Assembly: GCF_009914755.1 (NCBI RefSeq)
Contig: NC_060934.1
Direction: 5' to 3' (one strand)
DNA: 64,000 nucleotides
From: the human T2T-CHM13v2.0 reference genome, Homo sapiens
Both the position numbers and the translations under genes were made by a program. Of the stretch, positions 42,372-58,475 are shown one piece after another. The stretch's first letter is position 1. Every line of letters starts with the position of its first letter. The notes under the pieces were generated by a model, which worked only from the letters and a program-made list of their open reading frames with translations, ran no database searches and was not told where the DNA came from.

Positions 42372-43738
42372 CAATAGTTCTCAACTTTTTTGGTCTCAGA
42401 ACTCGTCTTAGTTTCTTAAAATTCACTGAGTATCTTAAAGAGTTCTATGTGCTTATATCTACTGATAATTTGTAATACTGAAAATAAAACTAAGAATTTT
42501 TAAAAATTTATTCACTTAAAATAACAATAAATGTGTTAAAATGACATCTTACCAAAAATCAGTATATTTTCCAAAATAAAAGTTTTTGAAGAGTGGCATT
42601 GTTTGACAAATTTGTAAATATCTTTCATTTCTGGCTACAAAGGAAACAGCTGAATTCTCCTATCAGCTCCTGCATCCTATCTACTGGGACACGCTGCTTT
42701 GGTTGAAGTTCATGAAGCAAATCATGCCTCCCACAGACTTGCAGTTGGAAGAGAGAGGAATATGTTCAGAGCCTCTTTAGCTAAGTGTAGATACTCACTG
42801 ATACTACACCAAAACTCTGCAGCTGATACTTTCTTAGAGGTGAGATGCAATGTGGACCCTGCAGCTGCATCACTGGGCTTTCCATATGCCTTTACATTAC
42901 AATCCTTGTTTTCTCTTGCATTCTACATGGCGCTTACCCATGCATAGTTTCATGATATTATGCATTGATCATTTGGAAAATACTGCTTCACTAAGTTATG
43001 CAGATTTTCCAAACATTTACACATTTCATGGTACAACAACAAAAAGCCACACATTAATATCACCACCAATCTCATCAAAAAAAGTTTTTAAGTACTAGAA
43101 AGCTGGCAATCTCAGAGTGGCAGAGACAAGTTTTTCAAAATTCTAATACTTGCTCAAAAGCTTGAATTTTATTCATTGGCAACAATACAGTTTGTTGTTG
43201 GTTTTTTAATGACAGGCAAACTTTGATCATTAGAAAAAAAAAAAAAAGTCTTCCAAACACCACAATCTGCATAGACACAGTTTCTAATGGTTTCCTATGA
43301 GAAAAAGAAACTAGTTTAGTTCACAATCTCACAATCCTACAGCTACTTGTCCTCTGCTAACCAGAACTCTGGTTTGCAGCCAAGTGCTTTCTGAGTATTC
43401 CCCTCTTTCTGCTAGATTAAAAAGACTTGACAGTAAAGAGATGTGTACCATGGTTAAGATTTAATGCAGCCAACTATTCTTGATTGTGAGTGTGCCATGG
43501 TGAAGAACATGACAACTCACTAACTAGTACCACTTGGTGCCATGGCCTTGGTTTGTGTGACAGCATGAGCAGTTTTACCCATCAGTATTTTTAACCATCA
43601 GTACAGATGCCAACTCAGTGAAAAAAGCAAACAACATCATAATATTATCAGGAAAATAGTTTAGACCTTGAAGAGCCTCCCCACAAAATAGTCTCAGGGA
43701 TCCCCAGGGGTCCACAAGCCACACCTTGAGAACCACGA
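42372..43738 (-). mobile_element. Charlie1a-like hAT DNA transposon, near full length
   Basis: TIR-like ends caatagttctcaa / ttgagaaccacga. The minus strand begins ...GTGGTTCTCAAGGTGTGG...GGACCCCTGGGGATCCCTGAGAC...AAACTATTTTC, as in the recalled consensus. Confidence 0.8.
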
Positions 43739-45747
43739 CTACCTACTATCTCTGAATACATGAATCTAACAAATAAAAGGAAATCTAACATTTCTTTGTG
43801 GCTGCAGAACTCATGGTGAACTATATGACTTTGGTATAGGAATATTAATACTTTTTCCCTTACAAACACGGTCTTCTGAATCTGGCAATTTACCTGAAAC
43901 CACTGGTCCAGGCTTGTGATGTGTGTGACTCTCAGAACCAGGTGTTACTTTTCTAAAAAACCATGATTTTGAGGTCTGAAAAGTAGCTTTGGGGAAAAAA
44001 CTAGTATATTTTTAAAGAGTTCACTTAAAAAGAGACACAGAACAGGTTTTAGCATTTCATGAAACTGAAGTTTGCTCAATCCCTTAATGTTTCATTATTC
44101 ACATTTTTTCCAAAGTTCTGCCTTTCATGCTTTTCATGCTGGCTGATTGCTGCCACCGTTAGCGCATTTAAACCTCAGCGATTTATAACATGGTCCCAGA
44201 CTAAGAAGCTCTGGCATTGGCCCAGTGCTGCTATTATCATCTTCTTTTATTTATGGCACTATTTCAAAATCGTCCTTTCACACACTAACATACATTTTTC
44301 ATTTACTTTCATGCACATTTATGTTCTAAAATGCTATTCTATATTGCTGCTTTGTATAATAACATAAAATGTAATTTGCTTACACTGCTACCATCACAGC
44401 TGGGATATTTTAATGCACTCAAATATATACTGTAGCATGTCCAAAAAACAGCGTTCCCCACCCCCTCCCACCCCCCGCAGGTTTTATATAATACACTGCT
44501 TCCATTCCCTTCTTATTCCTGGCAGAGTTATCTAAAATGTTTTTCTTCCTATGAAAAACATTTTTTGCTATGAATTCTTTTTTTAATAGAACATGAAAGC
44601 TGCTATTATACAAGAAGCTTTGCAGGCATGAATAATCAAATATACCCCTTGGTCAGTAAGAAACAAAAACTTGTAATCATTTTGCATGTAAGAATACGGT
44701 CCCTAGGTGGAGAGAGGAAATTCAGACCGAAGCTAAACATTTCATTCCTATTCCTAAACAACATTTCCTACCACCTCAAAGCTAAACAGCCTCGATTTCT
44801 GAAGTCTAAGTGAAAATATTCGCAATTTATTTTTAACATAAAATAAAACCTTTATTTTCTAAGAAAATTATTTCCCCAACTTTTCACTCAATAGAAAATT
44901 CTAATTCAAATAGATTCTAAGTCCTTAGAATCATATGGCTATACGTTAAAACTTATTTACAGAAAGGAAATTGTAAAAATTGTTATGCCTTTCTTCTAGC
45001 TTTTAAACAATCTCTTGGTTCATTCCAACAGATAGGTAAAATCTGATTACTTTCAAACGGCAGATGGTTAATACATTCTTATTGATATAGTTTACACACC
45101 CAGAAAATCCAAGTCACAATTCAGAAAGCAATTGAATTCAAATCTGTCAAATTCTACTACTCTGAAATCCGGCTGAAGTTTCCTCTCAGATCAGCTATAA
45201 CAAAGCACTGCTTAATAATAAAACCTAAATGAAGCTTTGGACTTCAGGGATACAAAGACAACTCTCTGAAGAAGCAAAGGAAACACTGTTTTCCATCAAA
45301 TTAATATTTTACATGTGGAAATATCAACAATTCCACTAAAGGTGGGAAGAATTACCTTGAAAACACAGAACAAGGCCTTGCAGTTTCAGATGGTGAACTG
45401 AGCCCACGAATTGATCACACACCCTACTCAGAATCCCACTGAAATAACCAAATAATATACAGTACAAATTTTTTTTAACGCATGGTAATAGCAGAGAAAA
45501 ATGCCACCCACAGGTCAGGAGACTCTGAAATATTTCTAAAAAAATACAAAGATAAAAATACTATGAAAAGTCTATCTGAATCATCGTATTCTTCTATACT
45601 TACCGGGAAAGAGAGACCTGCTTAGGAAAGAAAGTGGACAAGTATGGCCACCAAAGGACCAAAGAACTCCAAGTTCAGAGAAGCAGAGGTTCAGAAAAAC
45701 AGTGGGGAGCAGGATATTAATTCGTTGTTCAATAGTCATCTACTAGG

Positions 45748-45977
45748 TGTGCAGCAGGCGGCCTCTAAAATGGCTCCCAAAGATTCTCCTTCTCAGGACT
45801 TACTTCCTGGTGTCATCTTTTCTCCTTGTTGGGGGGTTGAACCTACTGACTTGATTCTAATGAATTGAAATATTCAGACAAAAGTGATGGGAGGTCCCTC
45901 CTGAGATCAGGTTATAAAACACCGTGACTTTTGTCTTGCAGGTACATGCCTAAGCCCCCTCCATATTCTTTCTCTCA

Positions 45978-46008
<31 letters not shown>

Positions 46009-46258
46009 ATATCTCTGCTTCCATTTTTGAATCTCCTTCCTATGACCCTCCTACTTCCCCGTTACACAGAGCTTGTGATTACATTGGTTGGACCCAACTG
46101 AATAGTCCAGGATAATCTTCCTATCTCAAGGTCCTTAACGTCATTACATCTGCAAAGTCCCTTTTGTCATGTAAGGTGACACAGTCATAGGGTCCAGGGA
46201 GAAAGACGTCTTGAGGGTAGTGAAGGGGTGGAGGAAGGCATGAATCCACCCAGCACAC
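45748..46258. mobile_element. Two MLT1 LTR fragments (plus about 45748-45945; minus about 46040-46258) separated by a CT-rich tract
   Basis: 'ctctaaaatggctccc' and 'cattacatctgcaaagtccctttt'. Confidence 0.6.
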
Positions 46259-46784
46259 AGCACCTCCAATCCTCCCTGTGATCTGGCCTCTCTTTCCTGT
46301 CTGAACACATCCCTCCCTCTCCCTCCATTCATGACACTCTGGCCACCTTGCACTTCACAGTGTCTTGAATCTAGATCCAGAGCCTTTCCCAACTTAGGGA
46401 CTTTGTACTTGCTGTTCCTTCTGTCTCCAGATCTTTAAGGCTGACTCCTTGACATTAGATCTCAATTAAAATGTCACCTCTTCAGAGAGGTCTCTGTGAT
46501 CCCATCTTACTATCTTACCTATTCACCCTTACTATTGCTTTCACAGCACAGTACCATAGAAGTTGTCTTGCTCACTTTTTATTTATTTAACATAAGTTCT
46601 CTCAGAAAAGAGGGCTGCCCTGGTTTATCATGTTCACACCTATACACCCAGGGACCAGGATAGGCAAGAAACTTAGTACATACTCAAATATTTTCAAATA
46701 AATAAATCAGGTTAAAAAAATAGTACTTGGAATTTGACTGCCTGTAGTGGGAGAAAGAAGTGTCTGGAATGAGTACTATATTTT

Positions 46785-47049
46785 GGCCAGGCACAATGGC
46801 TCACCCCTGTAATCCCAGCACTTTGGGTGACCGAGGCGGGTGGATCACCTGAGGTCAGGAGTTTGAGACCAGCCTGGCCAACATGGTGAAACCCCGTCTC
46901 TACTAAAAATACAAAAATTAGCCGGGCGTGATGGCAGGAGAATCGCTTGAACCCAGGAGGCGGAGATCGCAGTGAGCCGAGGCCGCGCCACTGCACTCCA
47001 GCCTGGGTGATAAAACTCCAGAGCTCCATCTCAAAAAAAAAAAAAAAAA
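46785..47049 (+). mobile_element. AluS with an internal deletion of about 30 bp
   Basis: 'ggcgtgatggcaggagaatc' skips the start of the right arm; TSD gaatgagtactatattt. Confidence 0.95.
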
Positions 47050-47711
47050 GAATGAGTACTATATTTCTATAAAAACCAGAGGAACGATGCTGCCATTTAC
47101 CGAAACACAGAAGTCTGAAGAAGTAGAGATCAAATGTAGAGGAGATACACTGAGCATAAAGCCTTGTGAGACACCCACGTGGAGAAGTGGGACAGGCAGG
47201 TGACGACATAGGCCTGGCTTTAAAAAGAAAGATCGAGGCCGAAGACAAAGATTGGGAGAGTCAGGGGATGTAAATGGTAACTGAAATGAACTGAAGAGAA
47301 AGAAATCACCCAGGGAGAACCGACTGTCTGCAGTTTCAGAAGGGAAGCAGGGTGGAGGAGAGGCCCAGGAGACCTCCTGAGAGGGGAGGGAGAGGGATAG
47401 GAGACCCCGCAGATGCCGGCATCTCAGAGTTCTGGGAAAGCGCTTTTTAATGGTGAGCTCACCATGAGGTAAAATGAAGGTGTTCCAGAACTGAAATAGC
47501 ACCTCTTCACACTGTATAGCTAACTATCCACTATTAGGCTTTTCTCGGTGAGAACTACTTGGTAGCTAAGTGGAGGGCTGCAACAGGGGACTCCAAACAC
47601 AGGTAGGTAGAGAAGGCAGGTAGTCACCCGATAGAAGCTTCCATTAAAAAAGTGTGGGTAAGCGCTCACTTATGAATAATGTGTACACATGGACAGTGTG
47701 GAATAATAGAC

Positions 47712-47901
47712 CAAGAGTGTCCAACCTGTGGCCCATGGGCCACGTGCAGCCCAACACAAATTTGTAAACTTTCTTCAAACATTATGAGATTTTTTTTTCA
47801 GCTCATCAGCTATCATTAGTGTTAGTGTTTTTTATGTGGGGCCCAAGATAATTCTTCTTCTTCCAAAGTGGCCCAGGGAACCCAAAAGATTGGACATCTT
47901 T
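47712..47901 (-). mobile_element. MER30 inserted into an L1MA-type 3' end (about 47662-48075, +)
   Basis: Reverse MER30 consensus ('cagctcatcagctatcattagtgttagtg'); near-match 8-bp TSD taatagac/taagagac; L1 resumes 'attggagactcagaa'. Confidence 0.85.
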
Positions 47902-48362
47902 GTAAGAGACATTGGAGACTCAGAAGTGGGGGAGGGCTGAGGGATGAAGAATAAGAAATTACTTAATGGGTAAAATGTATGTTGCTGTTTGGGTGATGGT
48001 TACACTAAAAGCCCAGACTTCACCACTATACATATATCCATGTAATAAAACTGCATTTGTATCCCCTAAATCTAAATCAAAACAGAAACATGGGGGAATT
48101 ATGAGTTAATGAATGGCTTAACACAATAATGGCATTTTGAATGCCCCTGGCCAATCTGGTGATTCTCTTCTCCTCACTAATACCTATGGCTCCAAATGAA
48201 CACAGAGATCCCACCGTTCCCAGCTGCAGCAACAATAATAGAGCATGTGGTGTCTGGGTAATGGCCCCCAAAGATGTCTGCATCCAAATAGCCCGAGCCT
48301 GTGACTATGTTACCTCACATGGTAAAGGGACTTTGCAGATGTCTCTTTAAAATAAAGATATT

Positions 48363-48675
48363 GATTGGGCACTGTGGCTCACTCCTATACTCCCAGAGCT
48401 TGGGAAGTCAAGGCAAGAGGATCAGTTGAGGCCAGTTTGATATCAGCCTGGGTAACAGAGTGAGAATCCTATCTCTATAAAGAAATTTTTAAAAGTTAGC
48501 CAGGCATAGTGGTGCCCACCTATAATCCCAAATTCTCAGGAGTCTTAGGTGGGAGGATTGCTTAAGCCCAGGAATTCAAGGCTGCAGTGAGCCATGACTG
48601 CACCACTGCCCTCCGACCTGGGCTATAGAGTGAGACCTTGTCTCTAAGAAAAGGAAAAAAAAAAAAAAAGAAAGA
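48363..48675 (+). mobile_element. AluJ-like
   Basis: Diverged full Alu with A tail. Confidence 0.88.
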
Positions 48676-48860
48676 AGCCTCATTCTCTGCTGTATGGACC
48701 AGATGACTTTAGCCTCAAATATTTTAAAGGCAGCCATGATAAGTTCATCACATCAAACCTGAAAAAACATGGGCATGACATCTTCCAAAAATCATTTTGA
48801 TAAGCACTGACTCCTGTCAGGCCAATTAGAATAAAAGTAAAATTTAGAATTTAGTGTCCT

Positions 48861-49162
<302 letters not shown>

Positions 49163-49441
49163 GAATTTAGTGTCCCACATGGTCCTGAAGGTGCTTATCT
49201 TCCAGGCAAACCAACAAATGAAATTTAAATCCTGATGTACCTTAACTACATAACATCCTTAATAAAACTGTATAATCTAGTCAGAGCTTTTTTTCTACTC
49301 TTTTATTCTTTATCTTATATCATTCAGTACATAAAAGAGCATGTAAGCATTTTGCATATTAATAAGTTATAATTTACTAGGAACATCTAGGAACCTACCA
49401 ACAAACCATCCGCTAGAATAGTACAAATATTTTACATCTAA

Positions 49442-49826
<385 letters not shown>

Positions 49827-50148
49827 TTATCTTTTAATTTTTTAAAAAAATCTGGTCTTACAACTCTTGTGTGAATGTTTCAACAATATATTGTTCTGTT
49901 TTGCTTGTTTTTGAGCTTCATAAAAATGGTATCGAGCTGTAAGAACTTTTCCAACACTTGCTTTTTTCCCCCTTCAACATTACGGTTTTGGAGATCACTC
50001 ATTTTGTTCCATATTCTATAGATCATTTATTTTTCACTGCTACATAATACTTTGTTCTGCAGAAAAGCCACAAATTATTTACCTATTTTGCTATCAATAG
50101 ATATCCCAATTGATATAGCTTTTCTGCTATTATGAACTCTGCTAGTGG

Positions 50149-50748
<600 letters not shown>

Positions 50749-51011
50749 TACTTGGCTGATAAAAAATATTCTTGTAAAAGTTTGCTGGTATATATATATG
50801 GAAATGGTTTCCTCAGATAAATTCTCATGAGAAGAATTGCTGGGTCACAGGATATAAATATTTTTACGTTAACATCAAATGTTTTCTAAAATGGTGTTAT
50901 CTATTTGCACCCCACCAGAATAACATAAAAGTTGTTCCACATACTCACCAATACTTGAGATTTACAGATCTCTTATATTTTGCCAATCTAGAGGACCTAA
51001 GTGAATAGCTA

Positions 51012-51352
<341 letters not shown>

Positions 51353-51571
51353 GATTATATTTTCTATATCTACTGGCCCCTACATGTTTCTGATGTTTTC
51401 TACCCGTTTTCTCTTAAATTGTTTTTTTCACTCTTTTGTAGATGTGCTTTCTATTTTCAGGAAGCTAAACCTTTGTCAATTATATGTATTACAATTATCT
51501 TCTCTCAAATTACGGCTAGTTTTTTCACTTATTTATGGGACACCTTGATGAACTGAAGTTCTTAGCTTTAA

Positions 51572-51929
<358 letters not shown>

Positions 51930-52320
51930 TCTTTTATCTCATCATCTAAGAGTTTTCAGGTTTTGCTTTTCAAATTTATATTCATAACCCATCTAAAATT
52001 GATTTTGGTTTATGATGTGAGGTAGGGATCCAAATCCATCCTTTTTTATATGTATAAACTATTTATTTTAGCTTCCTTCTTTTTCTACAGTACTGTCCCA
52101 GTTCCATAGACTTACAAGTCTGTAACAAGGAGTTCTTTTGTTCCTTTGTTCCACCTGTCTACTCCCATGCCAATACCATGCCATCTTCACTATTGAGACT
52201 CTATGATAAAACTTGATATCTAGTGGGAAGAGCACCCCCTATGCCATCAGGTGTGGGTTGGCTTGTGGTGACACTTTGCTGGTATCTATAATCCAAAGCT
52301 CTAAAACACATTAAACCACT

Positions 52321-52638
52321 AGCCAGGCATAGTGGTCCGAGCCTATAATCCTCACTACTTGGTAGGCTGAGGTGAAGGGATTGCTTGAACCCAGGAATTC
52401 AGGACCAGCCTGAGCAACACAGCAAGACCCTGTCTCTTAAAAAAAAAAATTAATTAGCCAGGAAAGGTCCCCAGCTAATTAAAACAAAGGTTGATATGGG
52501 AGGATATCTTGAACCCAGGAGTGAGGCTGATGTCGGAGGTTCTCTTGAGCACAGGAGTTCAAGGCTGCACTGAGCTATGATTGTACCATTGTATTCCAGC
52601 CTGGGCAACAAAGCAAGACCCCATCTCTTTAAAAAAAA
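52321..52638 (+). mobile_element. Rearranged AluJ-like element
   Basis: Monomer-like left part plus a partly repeated 'ggagg...cttga' segment. Confidence 0.75.
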
Positions 52639-53442
52639 TAATTAATACACGTTAGATAATTGCCATCTTTACAATACTGAGTCTCCCTATTTGTGAACAA
52701 GTATCACTCTCCACTTGTGCCTCAGTAAAGTGTCATAATTTCCTGCATGTAAGCCTTGAACATTTTTTGTTAAATTTTTACCTAGCTAACTCATGGTTTC
52801 TGCTGCTATTGTAAGTAGGGTTTTTTTGTTTGTTTATTTCATTTCCTGTTGGTTGCTGGGGTTAGAAACACAGCTGACTTTCATATACAGACCTTGCAGT
52901 CAGCCACCCAGCACTGACCACTCTATTAACTAGTATGTAGATTCCCGTTGGGTTTTCCATACAGAGATAATCCTATCACCTGTGAATGACAGTTTTGTTT
53001 CTTTCTTTCTAATCCTTATCCCCACTCTCCCTTATCTTGCAACGGTGACTAGGATCTCTATTCCAAGATTTTTTTAAGTGGCGACAGAAAGCACTTTTTA
53101 TTTGTTTCTTATTTTTAAAGGAATGCTTTTCATTTTTCCCCATTAAGCATAATAATTACTATAGATTTCAGTAGATATCCATAAGTTTCCTCCTTTTCCT
53201 CCCATCCTATTATCTAAGAGTATTTTTCTTCTTTTAATTAAAAAATGAGGGTGCTCAAAATATTCTAGTTCTGCCTTTATGTATATACATATATATGTTT
53301 CTATTTATGTATATGTTCTGTTTATGTATATGTTCTGTTTTGGGTATATTGTGATTCCTGAGTCTGTGGTGTCATGGGTCTTCTCCAGTTCTAGAAAGCA
53401 TGTAGTCATTATCCCACAAATATCACCTTTCCTCTATTTTCT

Positions 53443-53580
53443 CTTTTTTTTAATTTTTTTATATAGAGATGGGGTCTTGCTATGTTGCCCAGGCTGTTCC
53501 TGAACTCCTGGGCTCAAGTAATTGTTCCACCTCAGCCTCCCAAAGTGCTAAGATTACAGGGGTGAACCACTGCATCCAAC
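53443..53580 (-). mobile_element. FLAM/Alu monomer
   Basis: 'gagatggggtcttgctatgttgcccaggct...cccaaagtgct'. Confidence 0.85.
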
Positions 53581-56500
53581 TTCCTCTATTTTCTTTATCA
53601 TCGCTGCCTGGATCCCCAGTTGAGCACACATTAGACTCTCTCATTCTAACTTTCTTACCACTGGGAATTTCTTTTGTATTCTCTATCACTCCTTATTATT
53701 ACATAATTATAATATTTATAATATATAATTATACATGTATTATTATTATATGTCTACTTTCTTGTTCTTCAGATAATTTTTGAGGTCACTAATTCTTTTC
53801 AGCTGTATCTAATTTGCAATTGAAGCCATTTGATCCACTGAGTTTTTTATTTCCACAATTAGATTTTTAGAAGTTCCATTCACCACTGAATCTGTCGGTT
53901 TCTTCCCAATGCCCATTCAATGTTCATTCATAGCTCATCTCTGCAACAGCAACTCATATGTCTTCATTCATTTCTTCCCTTTTAGCCTCAGACTTAGGTT
54001 ACAATTATAGAAAAGTATCCTCTCACATGACGAGACAACAGTGATAGAATAACCATATCAGTATATCATATAATAGTTACATAAAATCCTACACGCTCTG
54101 AGGAATAGCTTTATACAACTTTAGCATTCCACAAATTGTTCCAAAAGGTAAGTTTAATTATAAAAATTCTCAAAATGTCACACTACATCCAAAAACACAA
54201 ATTAATAAGTGTCTATTAGGTGTCGAGTAATGTGCCCTGTCAGCATCGAGGGTACAGAAAGGACAGACACACCTTCAGTCCATATCTTCTTAAAGTTTAT
54301 AGTATACTTTGTGGAGGCGTTGACATTAAACAACTAATTACATTGTTTTAACTTGCTTTTTAGCCAATTTTCTCAAAAAAGAAAACAAACATGTTCTGTG
54401 AGCAAAAGAAAATGAAAATTAATGAAAACCAGAAGAGGGAAAGTAAAGAAAATTTTTCTCTCTGCCACCTTTACTTCCTTTTTATTTTTAACCTCAGAAT
54501 TCTATGCTGTGGGAAAAGTCTATTTTCCTTACAGTTTTCTATTTTAATAGCTGCCGGTTAGTCTTGGTTGCCAATATGGGAGGGAGGCCATACCATGGGG
54601 TCAACAGCATTTCAAATGAGCCCAGAGATTTTAAAAAGTGAAAATATGCTAAACTCACTGGAAAGAGAAACTATAATTTCGCTGAGTCTTCTCTACACAT
54701 TTACTGAACCTCTTTCACGGGTATGTTGATAAAAGTTTATGCTTGCAACCAAACTTTTTAAGTGTACCGTATTTGAAACTTGGCAGGCAGTTCTAGTATA
54801 TTGCAGAATCCTCAGATAAACAAATCAAGGGTAACAAAAGCACACCCTCTGTGTAAATGTGGATTATGGTATCAAACGCCTGCACTTCTCTAGTTTTGTT
54901 CATTCTTTGTATAGTCTTTCTACACAGCAGACTTTCTGTAGTTTTGTTATGTCTTTACTTTTTGCTCGTGCCATGTTCCAAAGAGAAGAGGGGAGGATGG
55001 ATGGGCTCTTGGTTTCATGCAGTTATTCAAAAGCCGAGCTTCTTTCCATCTAAGCAGCTCCACTATCCCCCAGGTCCTCATAGTCTTTCCCTGGATACAC
55101 TGAATAATGTTGCCAAAGCAGCAGTCATCACTATCCCAGCAGCACAAGAGCCTGTGCTAACGTCTTTGCAAATCTCACAAACTGCCAGGTCTAGGATGAT
55201 GCAATGTACTTTCATTGGCCTACGGAGAAGGACGATGTCATGAACTTTGGCAACACATTTTCATGAAGTTGCAAGATACCAAATCTAATTGTCCTATTAA
55301 TTTCAAGAGGATATTTTACTAAAATGCCAGGTAGGACCTCAACATACTACAGATTTTTAAAATTCAGCACAAACAAATACATTGTTAAGTAAAATACGTG
55401 ATTTAGAAATAGGTACTGTTGGAATGGTACGAAAAAATCTTAAAAACAGTCAGACACTATTCAATCCTCTCCCACTGCTGATTTATGTAGGAAGGTTAAA
55501 CAGCTCCACGTGGCACACGCCGAAGTCTTATTTCATTCTAGACACTTGGTCTACCCTAAACATACATGTATTGTATTTCTACTCCCGAAGGCAGTTACTG
55601 TGGAAATATCAAGACTCTACTACACCGACTCAGACTGTGGGTGTAAGAAATATTTGACAATGAGCGGCAGCAGAAAGTTGATTTTCCAGCTAGGACAAAA
55701 TAATGTTTTTCATCAAGTTCCAAAGAAGAAAGATAAATCTAATAAAGCATGAAAGAACTCGATATCCAAAAAAAGACTTTCTGAGCTATAGAAATTACAC
55801 CGAGCTATAGAAATTACACCAATTACACTAATGATTGCTTCTCGTGTATCTAATTACACATTTGCCAAAAAGTGAGTCAGACAAGCAATAAATTAGTCTT
55901 ATTCTCAATGTTTTTCTTTCAGTCACTACCAACTTTAATATTATTTATTGAAATGGTTATTTTGTTGAATGAGTGAAAGAATATGATATTTTCTCATTAT
56001 TACTAATAATTACAACATAAACAGTGAGTGCTTACTATGGCCGGACTGTTCCAGGTGCTTCATGTGGACTGACCCCTTTAATCTATTCAACCATCCTATG
56101 AATACCAAGACTTTCACCCTATAGATATCACAAGTTTGGTGGACACAAAATAAAATGTTTGATCGACTTTTAAATAAAATATAAGCCGGGGGAGGAACAA
56201 CGGTGGCAAAACATGCTTTCCAAAAGTAGTGGTTCCCCAGACAGGAAGGGAACTTCTGAAAGGAGAACCAGGGTGAGCAGGGCAGGAATACTAAAGCACA
56301 GGGGAGAGAAGGCTCAGACTCAATAGGTGAGTAGCGATGAAAAAAAAAAAAAAGACAAAAAGAATTTGAAGGAAAAGAGACAAGCAGATCCATTATTACA
56401 GATCTACCACTACTACGGATTATCCATTATCACGGATCTACCCACTCAACAATGTACTTAGAGGTCCCAGACTGAACAATAAGGCAAACATAAATAGATG

Positions 56501-56621
56501 GATAAAGAATTGTCATGGAAGAAATAAAATTGGCATTATTAACAAACAAAAGAATCTACAGATAAAGGAATAAATGTTCTAAGTGCACAATACTACAGTA
56601 ACATGAGGCATTTCTATGTAT

Positions 56622-56810
56622 CAGCTCTGCTTTGCCTTCCACTGTAAGTGGAAGCGTCCTGAGACCCTCATCAAGAGCAGATGTTGGCACCATGCTTCTT
56701 GTACAGTCTGCAGAACTGTGAGCCAAATAAATTTTTCTTTATAAATTACCCATCCTCAACTATTCCTTTGTAGCAACACAAAACAAAGATAACCCGCAAC
56801 CCCATTCTTA
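56622..56810 (+). repeat. 189-bp local duplicate of 57580-57768 (MST LTR 3' part plus its right flank)
   Basis: Ungapped alignment, 180/189 identical, offset 958. Confidence 0.95.
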
Positions 56811-57339
56811 AGTAGCAAATATTTAAAAATCATTTTCTCAACACCTAGGAAAAACACTAGTGAAAGATATGCAAGATCTATAAGAGAAAATTAGAAAGTG
56901 TTACTGGGAGAAACTGAAAACCTAACTAAATAGAAAGAGTCACCACACTTGTGAATTATAAGACTCAGTATTGTAAAGATATTCATTCTCACCAAATTAA
57001 ACTATGAATTCAATGCAATAATCATCAAAATGCCAACAGATTTTTCTGCAAATAAGACACTGTGGTACTGACATAGCGACAGAACAACAGAAAAGAGCAG
57101 ACGGTCCAGAAACAGACCCATACGAAACATATGAAGAAGTACTCAACCTCATTAGTCATCTGGGGATCCAAATTTAAAACCAATGAGATACCACTACAGC
57201 CCCCAAAGTGGCTTCAAAAACAAAAAGCAAAGACAAGCCCCACCATACCAAGGGCTAGCAAGAATGTGTGTGTGGAACAGCAACGACTGTCATACACTGA
57301 TCGTGGCAATACAAACCGCAACAATACCCAATTACCCAG

Positions 57340-57749
57340 TGCTATGGTTTGGATATGGGGAGCCTTTTGGCCCCACTAAGTCTCATGTTGAAATGTTGGA
57401 GGTGGGGCCTGTTGGGAGGTGTGTGGGTCATGCGGACAGATCCCTCGTGAATGGTTGGTGCCATTCTCTAGAGAGTGAGTTCTCACTCTTAGCTCCCATG
57501 AAAGCTGGTTAATGAAAGGAGCCTGACACCTCTCCTCTCTCTTTCTTGCTCCTTCTCTCACCATAGGACACGCATATGCCAGCTCCGCTTTGCCTTCCAC
57601 TGAAAGTGGAAGCGTCCTGAGACCCTCATCAAGAGCAGATGTTGGCACCATGCTTCTTGTACGGTCTGCAGAACTGTGAGCCAAACAAATTTTTCTTTAT
57701 AAATTACTCACCCTCGACTATTCCTTTGTAGCAACACAAAACAAAGATA
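57340..57749 (+). mobile_element. MST-family (MaLR) solo LTR inserted in L1M ORF2/3' sequence (about 56440-58110)
   Basis: Starts tgctatggtttgg, ends ...gcaacacaaaacaaagata; TSD cccag / ccccg. Confidence 0.88.
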
Positions 57750-58123
57750 CCCCGCAACTCCATTCTTACATCATACCTTAAGAAAATACATATACAAAGA
57801 GTTGAATGAAAATCCTATTTCCCAACATTTCCATTCCTTAGTATATACCCAACAGAAACACATACACATTCAGGCAAAGACCTGTACAGGACTGCTAACA
57901 GCAGTGGCATTACCAAAGTGGTCAAAAATCAGAAATGGTAAAAATGTCCATCGACAGTTGAATAGATAAATTGTTCTATGCTTACAGAATAGAATACTGT
58001 TTGGTAACAAAAATGAATTAATCTAGTAACAACATAAATGAATCATATAATTTGAGCAAGAGAAGAAAGACACAAACAAAATACATCCTGCATGGTTCCA
58101 TTTAAAGAAACTTCCAAGAACAT

Positions 58124-58475
<352 letters not shown>

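Noticed and set aside
54857-55752. Overlapping ORFs of 64-128 aa in a less obviously repetitive region
   Set aside because: No recognisable homology or codon pattern; part resembles an old MaLR LTR; consistent with chance ORFs.
56622-57768. Two MST LTR sequences as the paired LTRs of a provirus
   Set aside because: The intervening DNA is L1-like, the full LTR has its own TSD, and the partial copy includes flanking non-LTR sequence.
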